Positions 27,723-40,800 of a stretch of 64,000 nucleotides of DNA are shown piece after piece (the first letter of the stretch is position 1; each line of letters begins with the position of its first letter). The DNA comes from Cenococcum geophilum (Eukaryota): assembly GCA_050273025.1 (NCBI GenBank), contig CP158635.1, positions 28,768,001-28,832,000 of the forward strand. The letters are read 5' to 3'. A model generated the notes under the pieces. The model saw nothing but the letters and a program-made list of their open reading frames with translations, made no database searches and was not told the DNA's origin. The translations under genes were made by a program, and so were the position numbers.

Positions 27723-28224
27723 CAGCTACAAGCGTGACCAGCTTCCACCCCCCCCTAAAAAAAAAGTATATTTCGCTTCGGTACGCAGGCTCGCTAAATC
27801 GCCACTAACTGTATAAAGTAATTGTAACGAACGCATGTGTCCGCACGCAAGGACCTTTTTGGTTGCCCTGGAGAATCGCCTTGGTTGGCCAGGGGAATCA
27901 AATTGGAGACGTACGCTTCCTCTTCTCCCCTTTCTACCTACGACTCCATTGTAGCCGCCAAAACGCGAATACAACGCTGTCTCTGCAATTATTGATGAAA
28001 TTTGGCAATACCGTACGGGCGGAAACCTCACGATATTTGACAAAGATCGCGATACTGCGGAGGAAGGCCGATCGCAAGTCCGCTGAAAGCAAAGTTCTTA
28101 TAGCCAAGCATACGGCTTCGCTACAATTACTATGTACAGTTGGTGGCGATTTGGCGAGCCTGCGTACCAAAGCGAAATATACTTTTTTTTTAGGGGGGGT
28201 GGAAGCTGGTCACGCTTGTAGCTG
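27723..28224. mobile_element. MITE-B, related Tc1/mariner-type element (502 bp, ~110-bp TIRs)
   Basis: cagctacaagcgtgaccagcttcc ... ggaagctggtcacgcttgtagctg, flanked by TA; interior is inverted-homologous to MITE-A. Confidence 0.9.
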
Positions 28225-31200
28225 TATCACCTCCTTACGCCCTCGACCCTTACGATCGATCGCGTAACGTCTTGTAGACTCCTCGAATACATACGCTTTG
28301 TAGCCACTGCCCCCGTCCTATGATATAAAAAGAGGCACAAGCGAACCAAATTAAAGTTATTACTAAAATATTTATAGAGTAGATTAATATACTTAAAGTA
28401 GAGGTTATAAAGAAGATGGAGGTAATTTAGACCTAATTATTAAATATTTAAGCACTATTAAGCGCGGCTCTGTTATATGCGGATATTACTTATACGCCGC
28501 TAAGTAGTTAACTAAGCAACTTAACATCCTTCCCTTTAAGGAATACTATGCCATTAACTATTACTAACACGCTATACTATATAGTTAATATATTTAGAGT
28601 TAAAGAGGAAAATAAGAATAAAGTATAACTGGGGGTAATTAGGTAAGTAATTAAAAATAGTATATATATAACGGAAGGCCACAAGAGCTAGCGCTATATA
28701 GTAGTAATTTAAGACCCTAGAAACCCTATACGTATTAAAATAACTTATAGAAATAAAGCTAAGCTCTAATATAAAAAAAAAGCGGCCTAAAAGACCTTAG
28801 TACTTAGTATTTAGGTGCTATAAGACTAGCTCTACCTAGTAAAAATTAATAACGCTAATTAAATAGCAGTTCTTAACTAGGAAGGAAAGATTTAAGATAA
28901 AGTAGTAGAGGTACTAGGAAAAGAGAATAATATATATATAGCCTAGATAGGGTGGCTTAGTAAAAAAGATATAAAAAAGGTATATAGATTAATAGTAGTA
29001 TACATTACTAAAAGTAGTAAGGCAGCACGGTTGCTATAGGACTAATACTTTTATATTATAGGGGAATTAGCCTATATTAGAACCTATAAACCTAAAAGCG
29101 GCCCAATATAATGCTACTAGTATTAGATACTAGGATATAAAGTATTTATATATACAAAACCGTAAGTATATACTAGATGCGCTTAAAAAGGATATTATTA
29201 TAATAACTGCTAAGGATAGATCCTAAAATATATACTATGCGGAGGACTATATAAATTGTTTAGTAAAAACTATTAAGTGCTTTATCCTACCCGCTATATA
29301 TAAGATACTTTAGGTACTTTAACTAAATATTTAAAAATAGAGTATAGTATAGCAGAGCCTAATAAACAATAAATAACTAAAAGACTTTAGTGTTACGGAC
29401 ATTATATCGGCAGTAGTGCGACTATTAAGAACAGATATAAATAGGTTAGTTAAGATAGTATAGGAGGCGCTGGAACCGATAAAGCTATAGAATAAGGGGT
29501 AGCTAAGTTACGTGGCTAGTTACGTTATAAGTTTAAAACGTAGGAACGTAGGAACGTAGAAATGTAATATATTAACATATTAACGTACTAACGTACTAAA
29601 CCCTTTACTATAGGGAGGAGTTATATATTTAAGAACGTACGGTCTTTATAGATAGTTTCTCTTCTTTATAGTAAATCTTAGAATATAATTAGAGTTAATT
29701 TATTAGATACCTACTCTACTAATTATTATTACGTTATTAACTTCTTATTTACCTATATACCTAGCCTATTAATAAGTTTACCGTAGTTCTTACTACAAGG
29801 CTTCGTTACACATTTATTACTAAGGTTATAGTATTAATAAAGTCAAATAATATACCACTAAAAGTAGTAGCTATAACGCCGTTAACGGCAGCAACTACCT
29901 TAGGATTAGGTAACGATACTAGTATAGTAGATACTAACTCTTAGCTAGTTACCGTTAGATAGCTATAGGAAATGGTTAATTAATTAATAGATAATAATAG
30001 AATACTTAAAGAAAGAATTAATGAAATTAGAGCAGCTAAGGTTAAGTTACCCTTAATTAAGCGATTCTTAGGGGAGAAGTTAAAACTTAAAGGATTCCTT
30101 ACGTAAATGAACTTTAAGGTTATATAAGAAGGAGTTAAACTAGGAATGCCTATAGATTAAGTTACTTACGCAGGATTGTTCTTAACAGGAAGAGTACTTA
30201 AGTAGTTTAAATCTTACCTTACGGAGGTATAGGAGCATAGCATAATAACCACTAACTAGAAGGTATAGTATATATTTTAAAGCTAGAACGGGTTTACAGA
30301 ATACTTAATGTAAATATTTAAAGACCTAAAGGTAATTACTATAGTAAAACAAAAGCTTTAAAACCTAGTATAATAAACTTTAGTAATTAAGTATATAACG
30401 TAGTTTTAAATATTAGTAATATAAGTTAAATAGAATAATAAGGCGCTTATAGCACAGTATAAGTAAGGACTTAAGGTAAAAGTCTAGGATATAATTATCC
30501 TAATAGAAAATGCGGATACTCTTAAGGAGTTAATTAATTAAGCAATTAAGATTAATAATAGGATCTACTAAAGAGAATAAACTAAGAAGGGTTAGGATAG
30601 AGTTCTATAGTTATATAAGGCGCAGGGCGCGTAATAATAAAGTTAAAACTAAAGATTATAGTATAGCATAGAGCTAATAGACCTAAGTAGTACTAAAAAA
30701 AAGAAATAAAATAAACGACTATAGAAACTTAAAGGTTAAGGATTAAGTAATTACAGGACTAAAGAGCAGAGGCTAAACTAGGGATCTTAATAGTAAAAGA
30801 CGTTTAGGTAGACTCTATAGTAAGAAAAATAGTTTAAAAAAGGAGCTTATATAAATTATAGAAAATAAGGTTATTTTATTAGAGACTATAAGAGTAGTTA
30901 GGGCTACTATATAGTAAAAGAAATAAGACTAGTAGATAATATATATATATAGAGGGATAATAATATACTATAAGGAACAAAAGAGTATTTAATTAAAAAT
31001 TTCCCGTTTTATTACAATAATGTATAACAAATTTATAAGAACGCTAAGTATAGTATAAGCTACTAGCCATAAGAGCTAAAAATATTAAAGTTTAGAGGAA
31101 TTAATAAACCATCTTATAGATTGGATATTAAGGACGATAAATTTAATATAGGCGAAATATTTAGTAATAATAAGGTAATAAAAGTAGCTTACTAGGAGTA

Positions 31201-34200
31201 TATAAACCTTAAAGATATTATAAAAGAGGTAGAGGATAATTCTACTATAGAATAGGAAATATTAGTAGGGATTAAGACCCTACTAGATATAATATCTATT
31301 GCTTTGCAAGACGTAAGAGAAGTAGGATAATAAACCACTTTGGCACTTAATAAAGGTAAAAGGCCATAGGCTTAAGATTTTTAAGACGAGATAAGAGATG
31401 ATTAAGATTCCCAAGATAGGATAAGATAAGCTTAAGGACCTATAATAGATAATAACCAATAGAGTAGAGTAATGGCTTAGTTTAGTAATATATAAATAAG
31501 CTTAGGACGAAGTTTTCTAAAGGTATAAAATTCTTAAAGCGAGATAAGTAAGATTTAAGACTTTTAAGATAAGATAAAAATACTATAAAAGCCTAGTTAG
31601 ACTAAGGCTGGAGCTAAGCTTAAGAAAGAAGTAAGCTTAGGATTAAGAATCCTATAGAACTAAGATTTCTAGACATGAATAAGGACTATTAAATAAACTA
31701 AGATTAAGAAGTAAGAAGACTTTAAGGATCTACTTATAAGGCGAAAGTTAAAAGAAACTATAGAAGAATTTAGGTAAAGAATTATTGTATAGTAAGAATA
31801 GAAACTAGATAAGAAATCTAGTATACTAAGTTATATAAGAGATAGAGTACCTATATAAAGAATTACTAATAGGACTAGGGTAGGCACGCTAAGAGCTAAA
31901 TGGCTTACTAAATTAGAACAAGAAGAGGATCTAGGAATCCTAACTAGGTTTAAAAAACGGTATATAAAGGGCTGTTATAATATAGTAATAAGAAAATACT
32001 TCCTTACGGACAAGCCGTATATACTCTAACAGCTGTACTAAAAGTAGTATAGATAACAACATAATAATAAGTAAGAAGATTTCTATATATAGTTAGACGA
32101 ATAAGTTATTTAGGACTACCCTATTACAGAAAAAGCTATACGTTATATTAAGGGAGCCTTAATTATAACGTTAAGGGATCTAAAGGAATAATTAAAGGAC
32201 TAGAAAAGCAAAAGGCAAATCTTAGTACCTATAAATAAAGTTATAACGTTTAGATTAATATAATAAAGGTTTAAACTTAAAGATAAAGATAAGTTAAAAG
32301 TTAACCTAAAGCACCTAGCATACTATACGCTATTATAGATTGTATATATAGACGATATATACAAAATATATAAAAATCTAAAAAAAAAAGAATCGGAAAT
32401 ACCCTATAAGGATATATTAGGCGCTAGATAAGCAATAGTATAAGCTTTTATAGTGTGTGGGAATTAAATAAGCAACTTAATTGTAAATATAGCTCTAAAG
32501 TATCTATATATACACGAATAAAGGTAGGTCACTAGTACCCCTTAATCTTATCCTCAATATAGCCGTAATTGACATTTTAGGCTAATTAAAGCCGGCTGTA
32601 ACTATTGCGGTCCACAGTACATAATACAGCAGTATTTATAACGTAGTACTAATAGTCAGTTACACCCCCCCCTAGATTTAACGGTGTAGTTAAAGCTGTA
32701 GAAAATAAAAATAAATATAGAGATTATACCAAAATAGGAAATTTAGATACAATTTGGGAGCAGTAAAAGGATGGGGTGACTGTGACGGATATTGCGAATA
32801 TCGCAGATATTGCGGATATTGCGAATAGAATTAATTGATCTGATGTTGAATATCTACTAAATTCAATTGCTTTATCTAAGCCTTATGCTTTTAACGGGGT
32901 AGGACCTTAGTAAGGCCGTTGGTAGGTATCTTATCTATTAGGACCTATTAGACGTCGATCTTTTTATCTTAGACTTCCTGTCTAAGCCAGTGCTAATGCA
33001 CGTCGATATGTCGAAGCTTAGTGTCCAGTTTTGGTGTATCCTGTCTTAGCAGGCGGATAGTCTGTATATTATCACATAGCAGGGTAAAATCGGGCTCTAT
33101 ATTGAAGCCGATTGCCTTAAAGAATTATTGCCACTAGATAATCTCAACAGCAGCAGTAGACAGGGAGAGAAGCTCCGCTTTGGTAGTTAAGCGAGTCACT
33201 AATTATTATAGAGTCGCTTTCTAATCAATTAGTCCTCCGAATAGGATAAAGAGGTATCCTTAAGAGCTCCGTCTAGTCTCCTTATAGTCTATAAATGCTG
33301 TATTAGATGCTCCGTAAAAGGTGACATCTTCTTCTTTAGGGTTTCTAAAGTAGATATAGGCTTTAAATACTTCGCCAGAGTATTTAATAGCTGTAGATTT
33401 TGTTCTAAGATAGTAGGCAATAGCTTGGTTTACCGCATTAAGGTATCTTTAATTTGGATTAGTAAGAAATTCGGCTAGCTTAGAATGCGTCTTAGTAATA
33501 TTAGGTCTTCTAAATACGGCGAGGTGTGTAAGAGACCCTACTCGTTACTAGTAGGCTAGAGTTCTTTAAGGGTTCGTCTACTGGTTGGACGGAATTAGTT
33601 CTTCAGTAGGAAGTAATTACTTAGGAAATCTACCTAGTTAAATATTGAATTAATTGGCTATCTTTTTAATATAGGAATCTTGGCAAAGCCAGAGCTTTTA
33701 ATTTAGTTGATTTTATTCAATTTAAATTCTTAGGAACTACTATAGGTCTCCTAGTGCACGGATCTCGTATTAGTGTAGTAGTTTAGCTTTAAATTCTTCT
33801 AGTCTTTAGAGGTCCTTTTTGGCAAATAAAACGGCGATATTGTCTATATAGAAGAAGATAATAAGTCGTCTATCGGTAAATAGGCAGTTAGTACCTAGGA
33901 TAGGCTTTAATCCAAATTCAGCTAGGGTATTAGTGAGTTCTTTATACTAAAGTAGTGGTAAGATTTTTAATCCGTATAGCGCCATAAGTAGCTCTAAGAT
34001 ATGTCCGTTTTAATTAAAACCTTCTAGGCAGTAGTAGTATACTAGTTTACTAAGCTTAGCATTTATAAATGCGTTTACAGCGTTATACTGTCAAATTTCC
34101 AAATTAAATGCGGCTGCTATAGCTATAAGAGTACAGAATATTCGAGCAGTTAGAGTTGCTATATAGGTTTCTTCTTTAGTAATTTATAAGTCTCCATAGA

Positions 34201-34839
34201 CATATAGTCGAGCTTTTAGCTTTTAAAGATAACCGTCGCTGTCAAGCTTATATTTAAAGACCCATTTTAGTAAAAGAATCTGCTTATTGCTTGCTTCCTC
34301 TTTTAGTACAGTCTTAAATGTCCCTCGGCGTTTTAGGTCATTATATTCTTTTTTATAGCTTTTTAGAAGCTAGCAGTTAATAGATACTTTCTTAGATCTT
34401 TAAGATTCTTTAGTTTAGGAGGAAGGTTGTCCTAATGTAGAGATAAGGATCTAGTTTGGTTAATATCCTTTACTAGTCCTATAGCAAAACTAGTATAGTA
34501 ATTAAATAGGGTAGGTAGATTGGCTAGTACTATTATATACGCTTAACGTTAAATTCTTTTTAATTCTTCTAGTAGGATAAGGTCGGCAAAAGGTTTAGCT
34601 AAGACTTTATTAGCTTATAGAGCTGTATTTAATGGTTCTAATAAACTGCTTAGCTAGGTAGGACTTACTTTAATTATATCTAGGATGTTATCTTAAAGTC
34701 CTTATAGTAAGGTATTCGATTCTAGCAGATCTAGAGATACCGTCCTACTTAGTATTAGTAACTGCTTAGTATCCTTTATAGGAGGCTCTGCCGAATCGTT
34801 TGATTTAGGTATAATTATTTAATCTATATTTAAGGTAGG

Positions 34840-37800
34840 TGTTACGAACGCTTTAAGTACGATGTTACGACTACTTGGAGAGGAGTCGGAAGAAGCTAGT
34901 TGGTTAATAAGAGCACGGTCTAGGATGGATCCGGTAGAGTTATGTGACGAGGAATAGTAACTAAGGTCACATGATGTGATCTATATAATCTGTAGGATCT
35001 ATATAATCCGTGATAGAGTAGATAAAGCGCACGTACATTACGTACAAGAAGGATTTCATAGGAGTATGGTTGCGTATTTAAGGACCCTTAGTCCCTACCT
35101 AGATAGTTTCTTCCTTATAGTAATTCTTAGAATATAATTAGAGTTAATCTATTAGGCAACTACTCCACTAGTTATTATTACTTGTCGACTATTATTATTT
35201 GCATTTCCTACACACCTAGCCTATTAACGAGCCCATTGTAGTTCTTGCTATAAGGTTCCGTTATATAATCACTACCTAGTTATAGTATTAAATATAGAAG
35301 TCGGATAACATGCTACTAAAAGCAGCCACTATAACGCCATTAACGGCGGCAACTACGTTAAGGTTAGGGGGTAACACCAGTATAGCGGACACTAACTCGT
35401 AACAACCTATAACGGTAGGACAATTATAAGAAATAGTTAACTAGTTAATAGAGAACAATATAGCACTTAAATAAAGGATTAATGGAATAGGCGTAGCAAA
35501 GGTTAAGTTACCATTAATTAAAAGATTCTTAGGAGAGAGATTAAAGCTTAAAGGATTTCTTATGTAAATACACTTTAAGGTTGTGTAAGAGGGAGTAAAG
35601 CTGGTAATACCTATGGATCAAATAGCGTATGCAGGATTATTCTTAATAGGAAGAGTACTTAAATGGTTTAAGCCTTACCTTATAGAGATATAAGTAAATA
35701 GAATAATAACTACGAACTAAGAGGTACGGTTTATGTTTTTAAGCTAGAATAGATTTATGGAGCGACTTATATAAATATTCAGAGACCCAGAGGCAGTGAC
35801 TACGGCGGAAAGAAAACTCTAAGATATTACGTAGCGAACCTTAGTAATTAAGTATATAACGCAGTTTTAAATATTGGCAATATAAGTTAAGTGGAATAAT
35901 AGGGCGCTTATGGCATAGTATAAATAGGGACTTAAGGCTAAAGTTTAGGATATAATTATTCTAATAGAAGATGCGGACACCCTAAGGGAACTAATAGATT
36001 AAGTAATAAAGATCAATAATAGGATTTACTAAAGGGAATAGACTAAGAGAGGTTAGGATAGAGTTCAATAGTTATATAAGACGTAGAGTACGCAACGACT
36101 AAAGCTAAGTTAAAAACTATAGTATGGCGTAGAGCTAATGGACCTAAGCGGTACTAAAGAAGCCTATAAGAGATGGAGTAAGAAGCTATAGAAACCTAGA
36201 GGTTAAGGATCTAGTGATTATAGGACTAAGGAGTATAGGCTAAACCAAGGATCTTAGTAGTAGAAGACGTTTAGGCGGACTCTATAGTAAAATTAATAGT
36301 TTAGAGACGAAGCTTATATAAATTGCGGAAAATAGGGTTACTTTATAAGGGATTATAAAGATAGTTAGAGTTACTATATAATAAAGGGAACTAGACTAAT
36401 AGTAGAAGACACATATATATAGAGGGATAATAGTGTACTACAAGGAACAAAAGAGTGTTTAATTAGAAGTTTTGCGTTCTGTTACAACAACGCATGCTAA
36501 ATTTATAAAGACGCTAAGTACGGCGCAAGCTATTAGCCATAAGAGCTAGAGTTAAGAGGACTTAAAGGAATTATAGAGTTAGATAAAGAATAGGATTAAC
36601 TCTATAAGCTGGATTAGGATATTACAGCAACGTATAGATAACAATTAGTAATAATAATAATAGAGTTGGAGTACTTATTAATTAATAGCGACAAGGACGG
36701 TAAAGGAACTAACTAGGGGTATCTAAACCTTAATAACGTAATAGAAGTAGAGACTAAGACTGCTATAGAGCAAGGTTTAGTAACGGGTATTATAACACCG
36801 TTAGATACGGCATCTATCGCTTCGCAAGACGGAAGAAGTAATATTTAGAGACGATTAAGCAAGCAGACAACTGCTAGTGCTAGCTTACTACTTAATAAAG
36901 GCAAAAGGCCAAAGGCTTAAGATTCTTAAAAGGAGATAAGAGAGATCTAAGATTCCAAAGATAGGATAAGGACAGCTTAAGGACCTATAATGGACGAAAA
37001 CCGATAAAGTAGAGCAGTAGCTCAGTTTAAAGACATACAAATGAGCTTAGGATAAGAGTTCCTAACGGTATAAGATTCTTAAGATAAGATAAGTGAGATT
37101 TAAGACTCTTAAGACGAGATGAGAACACTACGGACGCCTAGTTGGACTAAGGCGGGAGCTAAGCTTAAGTTAGAAGCAAGCTTAGGATTAAAGAATCTAA
37201 GGGACTAAGAATTTAGAGTGCGAATTAGAACACCTATAAGTAAGAGGTAAGGAGCTTCTTTATAGATTAGAGAATCTATAATACAAACAGTAGTTAGACT
37301 GGGAGATAAATATATAGACCTAGAAGACCTACCAGGGGAATATAGTATTTGGCCTAAAGATTAAAAGCTTAATACCAAGATTAAGAAGTAAGAAGACTTT
37401 AAGGATCTACTTATAAGACGTGAAAAAAAGGAAACTATAGAGGAATTTAGAGCAAGAATTACCTCATAGCAAGAATAGAAACTAGATAAGAGATTTAGCA
37501 TATTGGGACGTATAAGGGATAGAGCGCTAGTGTAAAGGATTACTAATAGACCTAGAACAGGCACACTAAGAGCTAAGTAGCTTACTAAACTAGAATAAGA
37601 AGAGGATCTAGGGATTCCTACTAGGTTCGAGGAACGATATACTAAAGGCTGTCACGACATAGTAATGAAGAGATATTTCCTTACGGACGAGCCGTATATA
37701 CTTAAGCAGCTATACTAAAAATGGTATAGGCAACAACACAATAATAAGTGGGAAGATTTTTATATATGGTTGGATAAAAAAGTTGTCTAAAACCACCCGA

Positions 37801-40800
37801 TTATAGAGAAGGCTATAACTTATATTAAGGGGGCTTTAATTATAACATTAAAGGATCTAAAGGAGCAATTAGAGGACTAGAGAAGTAAAAGGCGAATCTT
37901 AGTACCCGTAAATAAAGTTATAACGCTTAGACTAATACAAGAAAGGTTTAAACTTAAGGATAAGGATAAGCCGAGAGTTAACCTAAGACATTAAGCGTAT
38001 TATATACTATCGTGGATAGCATATATAAATAATGTATATAATATATATAGAGCACTAAAGGACAAAAATTGGAAGTATCTAATAAGGATATATTAGATAA
38101 CGGACGAGGTAAAGTATTAAAACGCTAAGTATATGCATAGTTAGCACCTAGTAGAAGTTTAAAAACAAGGGGACTTAATACTTTAACCAGGAAGATTCCT
38201 TACGGAAGAATGCCTAGATAGACGATAATGGTGGGAATGTCCAGAAAATACCTATTTATAGTATATTAAAGACAAAAAGCGAACTAAGTATTGGCTAAAG
38301 AGTAAGCTAAGTGCGATAGGATTAAGCAGCTAATAGTTGGGAAAAGTAGAGGCCTATAGGACCAGAGGGAGCTAGTAGTAGAGCCTTAGACCCTTAAAGG
38401 AATTTAAGGACAACACCTAAATTTATAAGTTAAATGGCAAGATTAATAGTTTAAGGTATTAATAGATAGTGGAGTAATAAGGAACTATATCTTGCTAATA
38501 GCAGTTAAAAGAATAGGATTACTACACAGATAGAAGGAACATCCTTACCTATTAGTAATAATTTTAGGAGATCCGATAGCCTATAGAGGAGGTATTATTA
38601 ATCTTAAAATAGGACCTATTTAGCTAACTATTGAGGGAAGATAAATTGAGATGTCTTTTGATATATTACTATTAGGGAATGATAAGGCAGTATTAGGAAT
38701 GCCTTAGTTATAGGAATATAATCCGAAGATTAATTGGATTATAGAATAGGTTAATATTAGGGATACTTAACGCCGTAAAATGCGATAATACGCTAAGTTA
38801 GTATGGTACTAAGCAGGAGCAACCTACGAAGAAATAAAAAAAGGGCTAAGCTATATACTAAAGAGATACTATAAGTATGGTAAGAAATTATGGTTACCTA
38901 AGAGTGAAAAGCTGTTAGAGTATATAGTATAGGACTATGAAATAGAATTAGAACTAGGAATAAGTCTAAGGTTCTTTCCAATCTATAAGCTTACCGAAGA
39001 AGAAGGTAGAGTATTAAAGGAGTTTGTCTAAGAAAACTTATAAAAGGGATATATTAGACTATCGTAGTTATTAGCGGGTTATCCAGTACTGTTCGTACTA
39101 AAAAAAAATAGCAAACTAAGGCTGTGTATTAACTATAGATAGTTAAACAGCATTATAAGAAAGGATAGGTATCCTTTACCCTTAATTAGCGAAATCTAAG
39201 ATAGGATAGGTAATGCGCAAATCTTTACGAAGATAGATCTAAGATAGGCGTACTATTAGATTAGAATTAAGGAAGGCAATAAATGGAAGGCAGCCTTTAG
39301 GTTAAAGGAAGGACTATATAAACTATTAGTTATATAATTTAGGCTTATAAATGTATTAGCAACGTTTTAGAAGCGTATTAATAATGTATTAGGAGAATAC
39401 TTGGATGAATTTGTTATGGTATATCTTAATGATATTATTATCTACTTAATAACTAAGGAAGAATATAGAGAATACGTTAAATGGGTCTTAAAGAGACTAT
39501 AGGAAGAATAGATGCTAGTAGTAATTAAAAAATGCGAGTTCTTTACTAGGAAGACCGATTTTATTGGATTTATTATTAAACTAGGCCAACTCAGTATAGA
39601 TCTAAAGAAGATTGAGGCTATAGTAAATTGGTAGGAACTAGAGAACGTTACGCAATTAAGATTATTCTTAGGGTTTTGTAATTACTATAGAAGGTTTATA
39701 GCGTAGTGGTTAAAAGATATTAAACCATTTACGCGATTAACAAAGAAAGAAGAACTATAGGTATAGGGAGAGGAATAGTAAGAACTCTTTAGGAAAGTTA
39801 AAGAGTTATTTACCTAGGAGCCAGTTCTTAAGATCTATTAACTAGGACTAGAGACGGTTGTAGAAATAGATATATTAGACTTTATACTAGGAGTATATTT
39901 TATATAAAGGTATCTAAATAGATGGCATTTAGTGGCATATTATAGTTGGAAGATAATACTACTAGAGTTAAACTATGACATTTATAATAAGGAGTTATTA
40001 GGTATAATTATAGTATTAAGGGAATAGAGAGTATTCTTATAAGGTATAAAGAAACTATTTATAGTTAAGACGGATTATAAGAACCTAATAGGATTTCTAA
40101 TAATAAAGGAACTTAACTAAAGATAGGTTAGATGGGCAGAGATGCTTGCAGAATACTATTTTAAGATTTAGTATACTAAGGGTATAGATAACACACGAGT
40201 AGATACGTTAAGTTAAAAAGCTGAACTATAAAACAATAAGAAGCCATTAGGGGCTTTACTATAAAAAGACATAGACGGATTAATTAGATATAATTACCTA
40301 AAAATTATAGTAACTTAGGAAGATAAACTAAAGGGAGTTTATAAGTTACTAGAAAGCTTTTAGGTATAAAGAATTCTAGAAGTATAGCTAGAAGATCTAT
40401 AGTTGGATATATACGAAAACCGAGAAGTAAAGTATATCCTAAGAAGTATAGTAGAGTAGTTTATAGAGGACTTCTATAAGGGACTAACTTAAGGATATAA
40501 TGGAGCTATGGGCTTAGTGTTAAGACTCTAGGAGGAGTATATTATTAATAAAATCTAAAGGATAGCTAGAAGGGTTACTAAAGAGTATTTAGATTGTTAA
40601 AGGAATAAACTAATAAGGTATAAGCCGTATAGAGGGCTATAACCTGTTAAAATACTAGAGAGATTATGGGAGGTTATATTATAGGACTTTATTATTAAGT
40701 TATTAAAGTTAAGAGATCCTATTACCGGATAAGATTATAACGCGATCTTAGTAATAGTAGATAAGCTTATAAAGTAGGGATACTTTATAGCATATACGGA

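Larger units (their letters stand above)
12131..28325 (+). mobile_element. Ty3/Gypsy chromovirus A (gag-CCHC, PR, RT, RH, IN, chromodomain), RIP-inactivated, 5' LTR truncated, interrupted by Gypsy B1 and two MITEs
   Basis: RT KGFI|RPS split across B1; AYLD(D)ILIY at ~24245; chromodomain-like ~26610-26780; PPT agagggggggtag before the 3' LTR; 12131-12231 matches 28226-28325. Confidence 0.9.
27134..28325 (+). repeat. 3' LTR of Gypsy A, split by two MITEs
   Basis: Starts tgttacgg after the PPT; resumes after the MITEs and ends cctatgata. Confidence 0.85.

Noticed and set aside
27235..28267. Cluster of eight short ORFs
   Set aside because: They lie inside GC-richer MITEs, cross TIR boundaries, overlap on both strands and show no transposase motif
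32785..32826. Short gatattgcg tandem repeat
   Set aside because: Minor low-copy repeat in the Copia 3' UTR with no further support
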